This document shows, one piece after another, positions 17,211-26,992 of a stretch of DNA of 64,000 bases. A program made the translations under genes and the position numbers. Each line of letters opens with the position of its first letter. Positions within the stretch are counted from its first letter, which is position 1. Source of the stretch: a virus (lineage: Duplodnaviria; Caudoviricetes); IMG/VR virus record IMGVR_UViG_3300027672_001796; one strand, 5' to 3'. Under the pieces are notes generated by a model, which worked only from the letters and a program-made list of their open reading frames with translations, ran no database searches and was not told the origin of the DNA.

Positions 17211-20200
17211 ATGAAGTTTACGGATGTAAGGACGTTAAACAGTGTACTCAAGGAATACGGACTACAATCTGGTGCTCCAACTCCTGTGGGACAACAAGTT
17301 ACCGGCGCAGTTGCAAAAGCAACAGCGGCACCTACTAAAGCACCTAAAAAAGATTTAGGTAGCCCAACAGTAACACCAGGATTAGACCTTCCTGATATCG
17401 GAGATCCTGAAACAGATACAGTTGCACCAACTTTAATGAAAGCAAAAGATTTTGATGACGGCGCTGAATACTTAGATGATAAAGGCGAAGTTGCAGGTAA
17501 AGTTGTAAGTAAAGTTGGCAAAGGCCCAGCTCTTAAAAAATTAGTTGTACAAGATCCTAAAGGAGAGTACACACTAATAGACCCTGATGAAGAATTAACA
17601 GTTGCGCCAATTACAGAATCAAAAGGCGGCAAGTACAGTAAAAAAGTTCATAAGAACGCTTTACGAAAAACATCTAAAAGCAAAAACAGTGTATCATCAG
17701 TTAAACAAAAAATTAAAAAACTTGCACGAAAAGTACAGATGCAAGAGCAAGGTGAAGAACAATTATTCGAATTAAACTTCAACACTAAAGAAATAATTGA
17801 ATCAGCGTTAGATTCTCCTATCAAATGTGGATTTGAAGCAGAAACAGTATGGGGAGGCTATGTAGATTCTGATGCCAATTACGGCGAAGATATTGACGAC
17901 ATGTCTTGGAGCGATATCGAAGACAGAATTATGGATGAATTTGGTAGAAGTTACTTAGACGACATCAACGAAGCATACCGTAATTGGATCATGGAAGACA
18001 AGATGTACGAGTATGAAGGCGACCTTATAAGCGAGTTAGTTACCGAACGTAAAGAAGATCCAGAATACATAGAAAATTTTGTTGATTCGCAAGGTGGCCC
18101 TACAGAATATGCAGTAGAGAGATACAAAGAAGATTTTCGATCCAACAATCCAGAAGAATATGAATCCAGAATAGAAGATGGCTACGAGTACATGAACTGG
18201 GTGAGAGAAATTGTTGAAGAAGAAATGGAAGACGAATTCATCGAATGGTTAGAACAAGACATCCGAGATAACGGAGAAGTATTTGACGCCGCCATGGAAG
18301 CCGCAGAGGAAGACCTATCTATATCGGATTGGGTAAGTGATACCTATGGAGGCATGAGTGCGATGTTAGGCGAGTTTGAAATTTGGCTCGCTGATAATAA
18401 CGAGGCCGGTCTTGAAGGAATCGGAGAAGAACTAAGATCATGGGCCTATGACAATAGTCAGTCCACGCAATTTGAAGTTGGGGAATATCATTCCGGTGGT
18501 ATTAATAATGACTACTGGAGATTAGAAGACGACAGCAGTATCGAAGGCGATGGAGCTGGAGCAGAGATTATATCACCTGTGTATAATACACCAAGAGTAA
18601 TGCTTGAAGAAATAAAATCATTGTTTGAGTTACTAGCAGACAGAGATGTAGAAACAAATAGGTCAACTGGCTTGCATGTTACTATGAGCTTAGACCCAAC
18701 TCGACAAGACATGCCTGCAAATTCAGATGTTAATAAAGTAAAACTTGCTGTGTTGTTAGGCGACAAATATATAGCAAGTACTTTTGGTAGAGAAAATAAC
18801 AGTTACTCTAAATCACAGTATGAACGATTAGAAAGGAAAGCGGCTGAACTTAAAGCAAATCCTAACAGTACAAAAACAATACAAGCAATTGAAGAAATTT
18901 TAGAAGGTGCTATAAGCAGTGACAAGTTTAGTTCAATTAATTTTAAAAATCAAGCGGATAATCAGTCAGGTTACAATCTTATAGAATTTAGAATTGCAGG
19001 CGGTCATGATTACCACGAAGATATACAAAAAATTGTTAAGGCAACTGTGCGTTATGCAGAAACACTTAGGGCGGCATACACTGACGATCATCAACAAGAT
19101 TATGTAAAAGCATTATTTAAGTTAATCAATAACGTTGGTAAAATTAGTAATGATCTTGAGGACAGAGTTAAAGGTAGATACGAAGATTTAGATCACCCTG
19201 TCGTTGATGTGTTAAAAGGTTTCTTTGGCAAAGATCATTATATGGAAAGTGTAGGAACGTTAGCTCGAGCATTTAAACACTTATTCGACTACAGAGAGAA
19301 TATGGCAACAGATGCTGATGCAAAATGGGAACAGCGAGTAGCCCAATGGGAAGAACAGACTGGTGATAAACACGAAAGATTAAAGGAAGCACCTACACCA
19401 CGTGAAGCCGCAATAGAAATAATGAAGCCTCAAAAAAGACCACCAAGTGTGCAGGCACCTAAATATCTAAAAGAAGCTCAAAACATGTTTAGTGCCGCAG
19501 TTGCACAGGCAGGGTATGACTTAAATCAAAACATGAATAGAACTCCGGTTAATGCCAAAGCAATTGGTGTGCTGAGAAAAACAATATCCGAATTTGAATT
19601 AACATATGAAACACTTTCTGAATTTGTAAATAGAAATTACAAGCAGATAGAATTTGCTAGAGGCTCTGCAGACCAAGAGACCGAATTTAGCAGAGTTAAA
19701 AATGGCGTCGATAGATTATTTAAGAAAGACATAATTGAATCGCCAGAATGGTTATCGCCATTGCAAGTTGAAAAAATTGTAACAGGAGTTTGGAACGCAA
19801 TAAACTCTGAAGATCAAAGTCATTTAACTGATAAAGAACTGGCCCGTGCAATAATCAACGCTTCAGGAAATACGCATGAAGACGATGTTGAACGTATATT
19901 TAACGATGTAACGAAATCAAACTCGACTACCTATGAAAACTTATATCGGCTGATTGCAGGTGGCAGAGGCGACTGGTTCTCAGCTGGTAACCCTATACAG
20001 GCTAAGGATTATGATACACTACTTAAACGATTAAAATCATATCCTGCATGGGATAAGCCTGTTGCAAGATCATATGATGCAAGAAATGTCAGTAACGACT
20101 CATACGCTAATACATCTATGAGATCTATGTTTGGTAAATTAGATAGACGTATGGATGCATTAGGTAATTTAAACAGCACAAATCCAGAATTATATATTAA

Positions 20201-23200
20201 CAGTTTGAAACAAGTCTTTAACAGTACAAAGCAATTACTTAAAGCTGTAGTCGAAGAGGGTGGGTTCTCCGGTGAACCATCTCGCGATGCTCCAAACTTC
20301 GTTATGCCGCCACGTAATCATGATAGAATAGTTGAGATTATGAAAGATTTAGAAGCAACAAACTATACAGCTAGTCCGTTTGATGATAACGCAATACCGC
20401 AAGTTTATGGACATGTTAGGTCTTGGTTAGCAGATGCGTTTAATACTTTTAATCGATCAGAGCGAACACCCGAACAAATGGAAGAAATGAAGCCACGAAC
20501 AGATGCGATTTCAAAATGGTTAAGTGGGTTAGATGTTATAGCACAGAAATTAGGATTCAGTAGCCAATCAGGTGCAATAGATAGTAAACTGAATCAAGTA
20601 CAAAAAGGTAAAGAATTTCAAATAGCAAATCACGGAGAGTGGCCCGCGACTATCACAGCATTTAACTATGGTGGTCAGGTATATGTTCTTAACGAGATCA
20701 TGGAAATGATCCAGTTCACTCAAAACACACCAGGAATGGATGAACCAGTTCCAGAATTTTATGGACAATTTAATTTTAATAGTAGTATGTTTAGAAGTAG
20801 CACCAACGGAGTATTAGTTATACCAAATGCACATTACTTTATAGCTCTCGAAGCCTATGAAATGTTCACTAACAAAGATTACTTCAGTAAAGCTGGCTGG
20901 AGACAAACCAGAATACGAGCAATCCTTGATAAGTTCACTAAGGTATATGGCATACGTTTTGAAACTTTAGATAGTGCATACAAAAAAATTAACCTACGTT
21001 TACTAAAAGAAATGGGCGTACAAGTTATAGAGAAAGGCGATGGCAGAGAAGGTTTAGCACCGTATAACTTTGCACCATTGTTACCAAGAGAAGAGATTAA
21101 CGCTCCAAATGGAGAACCATTTGAACCAGGAAGTGCGGCAACATGGGCATTAGCGAATCCAGACCGCAACAATGCAGGCGTTGAGCGTATCCGTGGTGTA
21201 ACTGAGTTACCAATGGACGGTCTCGACGATGGCCCAACGGCGCCATTTCGCATAGCAAGAGCCGCCTATCCAGTATTTGACAAAATGATGCGTGACGGCA
21301 TGCAAAGGTATCTGCCAGCAGGCGCACCAGTAAATGAATTAGTTGCGTTTTTAAATAACCCAGAAAGACAACTATCGATCAAAGAGGCAGTGTTGCTGGT
21401 GATTTTTCAAGGCGGCGCAACGAGAGGCTCCAATGCCAACCAGCCACCTATCCTTACATTCCAGAACGCTTATTCAAGGGGAACCGAAGCCCTTCGGAAC
21501 GGCGAGGTCCCTTACGAACAGGGTCCACTGGCAAGCTCCTCGGCTAACCACATTCCACATGACGAAAGTGTGTTTGACAAATTTGATAAACTACCACTGG
21601 AAGAACAATTAAACTTACTTGATAAAGTTAACGACAGTAAATTAAATAAAGTGTTTGAAACACTCGCGGCAAATACAACATCATTATCACCAGTTACAGA
21701 AGGCGAAGAAAGATCAGACATTCAGGCATTAATGAAAGATAAGTGCGACGAATGGTTAAACAGCGTACATCCAGGACAGTATTCAGGCTATGACGATTTA
21801 GCAAGTGCTATGTTTGAATATGCTAGAGAGTTATCACATGATGATTTAAACAGTCCTTATGAACTTAGAAACTTCATGCACAATCCAGGCGAAGAAGCAA
21901 GTCAAGTAGTACAAGATGTGTTGGCAAGAACCGATATGAGCCACTACTTCCCAATACATGAAATATTTGGAGGAGGCGGAGTACCAGATTACAAAACTAT
22001 GCCTACTTATAAATTAAAGAGAGCAACGAAAGGTAAGCATAAGTTTTTTGTACCAAGTAATGAACCAACACCAAAAGGTGTAGCCGCATTAGAAGATGTT
22101 ACAGACACATTAACATTGCCTAAAATTAAAGTAGGTGATGAAGTTAAAGTAGGCAAGTTTAAGAACCGTAAAGCAGAAGTAACTGGCTTTGACAAAGACG
22201 AGAACAATCACCCTTTACTTAAAACTACTAAAGGCAATCAACAAGTATTTAAGCCACGTATCTCTAAACTAATGAAGGAAGGTGTGCCTAACTTAAATAA
22301 AATACGCATACTGAATAAGATACTAGCAGACCATTTTCCTGTAAGTGATCTTAAAAAGCAAATGTTAGCCTACGAAGCAATTCCAATTCCACAAATGTTA
22401 ACAGACTTTAGAGGACTTAGAGCTGGTTCAGGTGACGATGCATGTGCTAGAGGTGTAGTGAGACATTATATCCAAGCATTAACCACAGAAGAACAGAAAC
22501 AGATTAATTTACAAGAATGGAGCAAAAGCAAAGTTCGTGCATTAGTTGAATCCAAAGGCATAATGGGAAGGGTTACCGGAGATACATTTTTAAAAGGTGA
22601 CGACAAGTTGGAGTTTCAACAAGTTGATTTGTATCCATTAGAAGAGATGCAGTTTGAAAATGCTGAATTAAGAGATGCTTACATACAACAATTAGAACAA
22701 GAAAACAACCTACAAATAGAATGGACAAATAATCCTAACAATGGTAGTTTAGCATTTGGACTAGCAATGTTAACTGATCCTATGTTAGATGATAAGATAA
22801 CATATTGGGGTAGATACTTTAAACAAAAGACAGCAAACATGATGGGCAAGTGGAGTAACAGCCAAGTGCCAATTGGATGGAAATTACAAACTTCAGGAGC
22901 ATTGAAGCTTGATATAGGTATTGATCCACAGCACATGATTAAGACAGATGATCCATTTAACGGAGTCATGGAAGTAATACAGGCAGTTAAAACCAACTCA
23001 GCCGGGCATGACCTATCTGAAATGCTAGTATCTGCACTAGAGACTATACATACCCAACAAAATCCTGTGTTTCCAGGTCAAATAGGTAATATGCCAGCGA
23101 TAAGAGATTACTTTGGCGAGATTATGGGACCAGTTGCACTTATGAGTGATATGGTCGGCGGCCAAGCAGATGACGCCAAAGCAGAGTTATTAAATGGTCA

Positions 23201-23873
23201 ACCGTGGGGAAGTTGTAATGTATTTTGGCCCATGGCAATGAATGCTCCGCTAGTTGATAGTTACCTCACAGCACCAGATGGTACTAGAGTGGGTATTAGT
23301 AGCAAAGGCGGAGAAGGTGCAAAAGCAAGTGTTAAGAATATATTTGATGGTATTGCTAAAGCACCGGATGAAATGAAAGCACAATATCAAACAACCGTAA
23401 ACATTGTAAATATTGTACAAGCCAATAGTGCAAAAGACGGACCGTTTAGATTAGCAGAATTATACCAACAACTACCGGCTGGGTTAGAAGAAGAAATAAA
23501 CAGCTACATTCAAGCAGGCAAACAAGATTACGCAGGCATTAGTCCGGCGGCAACTGAATTGTTTAACTACGGAACGCCTAAACAAGGTATTCCGGGATTT
23601 AATACTGGTTTTGCACTGTTAGCTCTACTGGCTAAAAAAGTATCAAACATAATCAACGAATCTGGCCCAGAGTTTGGACAAGGCTGTTTGGCATTCATTA
23701 ACCAATCCAGTATTATACAGTTATATCTCAAGATGGGTAAACAAGGACAAGACACTATGGTGTCGAGTTGGCGGGCAATATATCCACCCAATTTCCGAGG
23801 CACAGTTACACTTGACGGAAGTAAAAACTATTACAGTTCACGGATTGGCGGCAAGTTCGCGTTCAAACTTTAA
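17211..23873 (+). CDS. 2220-aa multidomain, probably head-packaged polyprotein: amidoligase-like domain, SH3/KOW-like module, C-terminal PD-(D/E)xK-like nuclease
   Basis: GFEAE...DSSI...GAEIISP...STGLHV...SSINF...IEFRIAGG (COOH-NH2 ligase/amidoligase-2 pattern); PLVDSYL...GISSKGG near the C-terminus; repeated hydrophobic-x-E junctions. Confidence 0.7.
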   Translation: MKFTDVRTLNSVLKEYGLQSGAPTPVGQQVTGAVAKATAAPTKAPKKDLGSPTVTPGLDLPDIGDPETDTVAPTLMKAKDFDDGAEYLDDKGEVAGKVVSKVGKGPALKKLVVQDPKGEYTLIDPDEELTVAPITESKGGKYSKKVHKNALRKTSKSKNSVSSVKQKIKKLARKVQMQEQGEEQLFELNFNTKEIIESALDSPIKCGFEAETVWGGYVDSDANYGEDIDDMSWSDIEDRIMDEFGRSYLDDINEAYRNWIMEDKMYEYEGDLISELVTERKEDPEYIENFVDSQGGPTEYAVERYKEDFRSNNPEEYESRIEDGYEYMNWVREIVEEEMEDEFIEWLEQDIRDNGEVFDAAMEAAEEDLSISDWVSDTYGGMSAMLGEFEIWLADNNEAGLEGIGEELRSWAYDNSQSTQFEVGEYHSGGINNDYWRLEDDSSIEGDGAGAEIISPVYNTPRVMLEEIKSLFELLADRDVETNRSTGLHVTMSLDPTRQDMPANSDVNKVKLAVLLGDKYIASTFGRENNSYSKSQYERLERKAAELKANPNSTKTIQAIEEILEGAISSDKFSSINFKNQADNQSGYNLIEFRIAGGHDYHEDIQKIVKATVRYAETLRAAYTDDHQQDYVKALFKLINNVGKISNDLEDRVKGRYEDLDHPVVDVLKGFFGKDHYMESVGTLARAFKHLFDYRENMATDADAKWEQRVAQWEEQTGDKHERLKEAPTPREAAIEIMKPQKRPPSVQAPKYLKEAQNMFSAAVAQAGYDLNQNMNRTPVNAKAIGVLRKTISEFELTYETLSEFVNRNYKQIEFARGSADQETEFSRVKNGVDRLFKKDIIESPEWLSPLQVEKIVTGVWNAINSEDQSHLTDKELARAIINASGNTHEDDVERIFNDVTKSNSTTYENLYRLIAGGRGDWFSAGNPIQAKDYDTLLKRLKSYPAWDKPVARSYDARNVSNDSYANTSMRSMFGKLDRRMDALGNLNSTNPELYINSLKQVFNSTKQLLKAVVEEGGFSGEPSRDAPNFVMPPRNHDRIVEIMKDLEATNYTASPFDDNAIPQVYGHVRSWLADAFNTFNRSERTPEQMEEMKPRTDAISKWLSGLDVIAQKLGFSSQSGAIDSKLNQVQKGKEFQIANHGEWPATITAFNYGGQVYVLNEIMEMIQFTQNTPGMDEPVPEFYGQFNFNSSMFRSSTNGVLVIPNAHYFIALEAYEMFTNKDYFSKAGWRQTRIRAILDKFTKVYGIRFETLDSAYKKINLRLLKEMGVQVIEKGDGREGLAPYNFAPLLPREEINAPNGEPFEPGSAATWALANPDRNNAGVERIRGVTELPMDGLDDGPTAPFRIARAAYPVFDKMMRDGMQRYLPAGAPVNELVAFLNNPERQLSIKEAVLLVIFQGGATRGSNANQPPILTFQNAYSRGTEALRNGEVPYEQGPLASSSANHIPHDESVFDKFDKLPLEEQLNLLDKVNDSKLNKVFETLAANTTSLSPVTEGEERSDIQALMKDKCDEWLNSVHPGQYSGYDDLASAMFEYARELSHDDLNSPYELRNFMHNPGEEASQVVQDVLARTDMSHYFPIHEIFGGGGVPDYKTMPTYKLKRATKGKHKFFVPSNEPTPKGVAALEDVTDTLTLPKIKVGDEVKVGKFKNRKAEVTGFDKDENNHPLLKTTKGNQQVFKPRISKLMKEGVPNLNKIRILNKILADHFPVSDLKKQMLAYEAIPIPQMLTDFRGLRAGSGDDACARGVVRHYIQALTTEEQKQINLQEWSKSKVRALVESKGIMGRVTGDTFLKGDDKLEFQQVDLYPLEEMQFENAELRDAYIQQLEQENNLQIEWTNNPNNGSLAFGLAMLTDPMLDDKITYWGRYFKQKTANMMGKWSNSQVPIGWKLQTSGALKLDIGIDPQHMIKTDDPFNGVMEVIQAVKTNSAGHDLSEMLVSALETIHTQQNPVFPGQIGNMPAIRDYFGEIMGPVALMSDMVGGQADDAKAELLNGQPWGSCNVFWPMAMNAPLVDSYLTAPDGTRVGISSKGGEGAKASVKNIFDGIAKAPDEMKAQYQTTVNIVNIVQANSAKDGPFRLAELYQQLPAGLEEEINSYIQAGKQDYAGISPAATELFNYGTPKQGIPGFNTGFALLALLAKKVSNIINESGPEFGQGCLAFINQSSIIQLYLKMGKQGQDTMVSSWRAIYPPNFRGTVTLDGSKNYYSSRIGGKFAFKL

Positions 23874-23879
23874 ATAACG

Positions 23880-24665
23880 GTGTTACTAGACTACAGTAAG
23901 ATTTATAGTAAACAAACTATGGATACTTCTGATGGAAGGATTAGTTACTCACAAGGCATGTTAAAATTTGGTGATGCCTTAGCCGCAATAGGTTATGCAT
24001 ACGGTATTCCTTATTCCAAACTAATAGAAACGTTCCCTCAGGTTAAAGTACATAATAGATTTGAAAACCTTCAATTAAAGCACCCGGGCATATACGATTC
24101 ACGCAATATCACAACTGTATACTCTGCCCAAGACCAAATAGATTTTATTAAAGACAACTATACTCGCATACCTAAAAATATATTAGAAATAGGCGGCGGC
24201 AGATTAGAAGTAGTAACGGTCCTAGCAGAAATATCAAGACAACTAGGCGTAGCACAAACTATTGTAGTTGTAGAGCCAGGCGAACATGCTCAAGAATACT
24301 TGCGAGAAACAGCAAGAAAATACTTTCCGAGTACTTGTTCTATATTGCCAGTTATTAATCTTATTAATATGCCTTTACATTCGGTAGAAGGAATAGATTA
24401 TAGTAAGTTTGATACTATTTTAATGGTAGAGAGTTTAGAGCATATATTACCAGATCAGTTTGATCCTTGTATGGAACAGATAAAGCAACAATTTAAAGGA
24501 TCATTTATTGTTACTAACTGGTTAGAATATCATCCTATTGCAGTAGGTCAATATGCTCCAGCAAATGTGCATTGTAGATTAGTAGACGATGCATTGTACG
24601 ACAGTTATGCTACAATGGGCACGGTTAAGCATAGAGATCGTAGCCATCTTTGGATAGATTCTTAA
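23880..24665 (+). CDS. Class I SAM-dependent methyltransferase-like protein
   Basis: ILEIGGG motif I, VVVEP, FDTILMVESLEHI. Confidence 0.7.
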   Translation: MLLDYSKIYSKQTMDTSDGRISYSQGMLKFGDALAAIGYAYGIPYSKLIETFPQVKVHNRFENLQLKHPGIYDSRNITTVYSAQDQIDFIKDNYTRIPKNILEIGGGRLEVVTVLAEISRQLGVAQTIVVVEPGEHAQEYLRETARKYFPSTCSILPVINLINMPLHSVEGIDYSKFDTILMVESLEHILPDQFDPCMEQIKQQFKGSFIVTNWLEYHPIAVGQYAPANVHCRLVDDALYDSYATMGTVKHRDRSHLWIDS

Positions 24666-24674
24666 CAAATCTTT

Positions 24675-24682
24675 GTTAAATA
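24675..24682 (+). promoter_or_regulatory. Variant late promoter, 5 nt before ATG
   Basis: GTTAAATA-gtgtt-ATG. Confidence 0.4.
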
Positions 24683-24687
24683 GTGTT

Positions 24688-26007
24688 ATGCAATTTGCTG
24701 ACATTGAAAATCCGTTTATTAATTTTTTATACAGTTGTAATAAGGCTAACTTATTAGAACATGTACCAACACATGCCCGAACTTCGTTGTACGGAATGTG
24801 CCCACAGTTGTCTGATTACTGGAAACCTTTAAATGAGTTACATAAAGGCATTAAAACAATTTATGTAATTAGTCTTGATGGGATTGGATCTAAAGAATTA
24901 TATGAGATATGGGAACAACACCGGTATACTTGCAACCCATTAATACCAGGATACATGCAACAGACAGATTCGGTTATAGTATTTGATAATAGTGCTGAAG
25001 GGCATTGTGATGATTACATGTTTAAGTTTATATCACAAGTAGTCAGTCATTATGAATTAGATTCTACTAAAACATATTATTGTAATAGCAGTACAAATAT
25101 AAATGACCTCCAATCAAAAACACCTTATACTAACTTTATTACATTTACAGCTGATAATTATTTAGAAGATGCTATGACCGATTTGCATGAAGAACTACAA
25201 CCTATGTTAGCACCATTGTTATTCAAAGAAGAAGCAGAAGTATTCGATATTGAAATGAACTTATCTAAAAAGTTTCTTTTTAGTTGCTTAAACAATGCAC
25301 CTAAGCCTTATAGAGCACTATTGCTCGGAGCAATAGCCGAAAGCGGCTTAGACGGCTTCTGTAGTAGTCCTAGAGTGCCATATGACCAGCTTTATGGTAG
25401 TACAATAACGTATTTAAGCGAAGAATTGATTAAACAAACAATCTCTAAAGCAGATTTTAAGATTGGGCTAAAATGGCTAGATAAGTTAGAAGAACATTAC
25501 CCTATTATATTAGACAATCCTAGTGAAGACAGTATTCATATGAAAGAGTTGTCTGCAGATGAAGAATTTATTAACAATTTATTTGATTGCGATCTAAACG
25601 TAGTAACGGAATCAGTTGTTGATAACAACTTGTTTGTGTCAGAAAAAATATATAAGCCTATTATTATGTGTCAGCCGTTTATTGTGTTAGGCCCTACTAA
25701 CGTATATAACTACATTAATGAATTAGGATATAATACTTTTGATTATATCATAGATAATAAACTAATGAATGTAGACCATAACATTATTAGTAGAATTAAA
25801 CGTATAATAGATGCACTCAATACACTTAAAAACACTAAAGCAAACCCTATTGCATGGCAAACACTTAATGATAAGATAGCAATAGATGTTGTACATAATT
25901 ATAACTTATTTAATAAGCGAGTACATGGTTTAAAGACCGCCGGACTAGAAAGTTTGGATGGGTATTTTAAATATCGCCCCGGTTTAAAACAGCCATTATA
26001 TAGTTAA
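24688..26007 (+). CDS. Putative GT-B glycosyltransferase-like protein
   Basis: FSCLNNAPKPYRALL and VVTES...FVSEKIYKPI...PFIVLG...LGYNTFD, resembling the GT10-like C-terminal motif. Confidence 0.55.
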   Translation: MQFADIENPFINFLYSCNKANLLEHVPTHARTSLYGMCPQLSDYWKPLNELHKGIKTIYVISLDGIGSKELYEIWEQHRYTCNPLIPGYMQQTDSVIVFDNSAEGHCDDYMFKFISQVVSHYELDSTKTYYCNSSTNINDLQSKTPYTNFITFTADNYLEDAMTDLHEELQPMLAPLLFKEEAEVFDIEMNLSKKFLFSCLNNAPKPYRALLLGAIAESGLDGFCSSPRVPYDQLYGSTITYLSEELIKQTISKADFKIGLKWLDKLEEHYPIILDNPSEDSIHMKELSADEEFINNLFDCDLNVVTESVVDNNLFVSEKIYKPIIMCQPFIVLGPTNVYNYINELGYNTFDYIIDNKLMNVDHNIISRIKRIIDALNTLKNTKANPIAWQTLNDKIAIDVVHNYNLFNKRVHGLKTAGLESLDGYFKYRPGLKQPLYS

Positions 26008-26010
26008 TAG

Positions 26011-26018
26011 TATAAATA
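26011..26018 (+). promoter_or_regulatory. Late promoter, 5 nt before ATG
   Basis: TATAAATA-caagt-ATG. Confidence 0.7.
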
Positions 26019-26023
26019 CAAGT

Positions 26024-26224
26024 ATGAAGATTAGTGAAATATTTGTAAATGAATCAATGGGAGGAATGACTTCCGCAGGATCAATAGCTACAGTGGTAAA
26101 ACCATTAACTAGTGATGTTCAGCGTGTAGTACAACGACCTAAGAAGCCTAAAAAAATTGGCGGCAAAAAGAAACCTGGACCAAAGACAGAAACGACGACT
26201 AAGTCCACAATCATAAAAAGATAA
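26024..26224 (+). CDS. Small basic probable head-internal protein
   Basis: MKISEIFVNE leader followed by K/P-rich tail. Confidence 0.65.
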   Translation: MKISEIFVNESMGGMTSAGSIATVVKPLTSDVQRVVQRPKKPKKIGGKKKPGPKTETTTKSTIIKR

Positions 26225-26227
26225 TTT

Positions 26228-26449
26228 ATGAGAATTTTGCAATCAAAAAATGGCTCCACGATAGTCCACTCAAAAGAATTCCAGTTCTTTGACCGATTAC
26301 GTCACGAAAACGGTATATATGAGTGTGACTTAAATGAATCTGAGCTTTACTCAGCAACCCAACTACGTCAAAGAGGTGTAGTATTAAAGGTGAATGAAAA
26401 TGGTAAAATTAAATACAAAGCCTACCCCCAAGACCAAGACCAAACCTAA
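26228..26449 (+). CDS. Hypothetical 73-aa protein
   Basis: ORF in operon. Confidence 0.6.
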   Translation: MRILQSKNGSTIVHSKEFQFFDRLRHENGIYECDLNESELYSATQLRQRGVVLKVNENGKIKYKAYPQDQDQT

Positions 26450-26936
26450 GAAACTTAGAAGCAATTTAGCGGCTAAGAAGAAAAAAGAACTTTTAACTAG
26501 GCTAGAAACTACTGTAAACAATGTAGCAACTAAAGGTTTGTATTTTGTTTCTGGTTCCAAGGAATCTTATTATAAAGTAATTGATAGTAAGAATAGACGT
26601 ATTACATATACCGATATTAGTATTTCAGAAGCCGCTGATGCAATTAAAGAAATTTTAAATAAAGCATCTATAAAAGACCATGCAGTACTTATTAAGCAAC
26701 TAAATTTAACAGTAGCTAAACATCAACCTGCTCTAGATAAGTTAATAATGGATCTTAGATTTTACCACCACACACTTGAAGTTACTGAAGACTTTGAAAA
26801 GGTGTGTATAGTTGAAGCCAGAGAGCAAGATGCTTATGGCAAATATTTGTATTTAAAAGACGACTATATTGGCAGTTTATACATTAACAGGACCCATTAC
26901 TCACAGGGTATCACAAACATAGCAACATTTCGTTAA
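26394..26936 (+). CDS. Hypothetical protein
   Basis: 180-aa ORF overlapping the upstream gene. Confidence 0.55.
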   Translation: MKMVKLNTKPTPKTKTKPKKLRSNLAAKKKKELLTRLETTVNNVATKGLYFVSGSKESYYKVIDSKNRRITYTDISISEAADAIKEILNKASIKDHAVLIKQLNLTVAKHQPALDKLIMDLRFYHHTLEVTEDFEKVCIVEAREQDAYGKYLYLKDDYIGSLYINRTHYSQGITNIATFR

Positions 26937-26952
26937 AAAATTCTTCTTATTT

Positions 26953-26960
26953 GATAAATA
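26953..26960 (+). promoter_or_regulatory. Late promoter GATAAATA
   Basis: Upstream of ATG 26993. Confidence 0.55.
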
Positions 26961-26992
26961 CAATTAACAAATTTATAATATCGGGATATACT

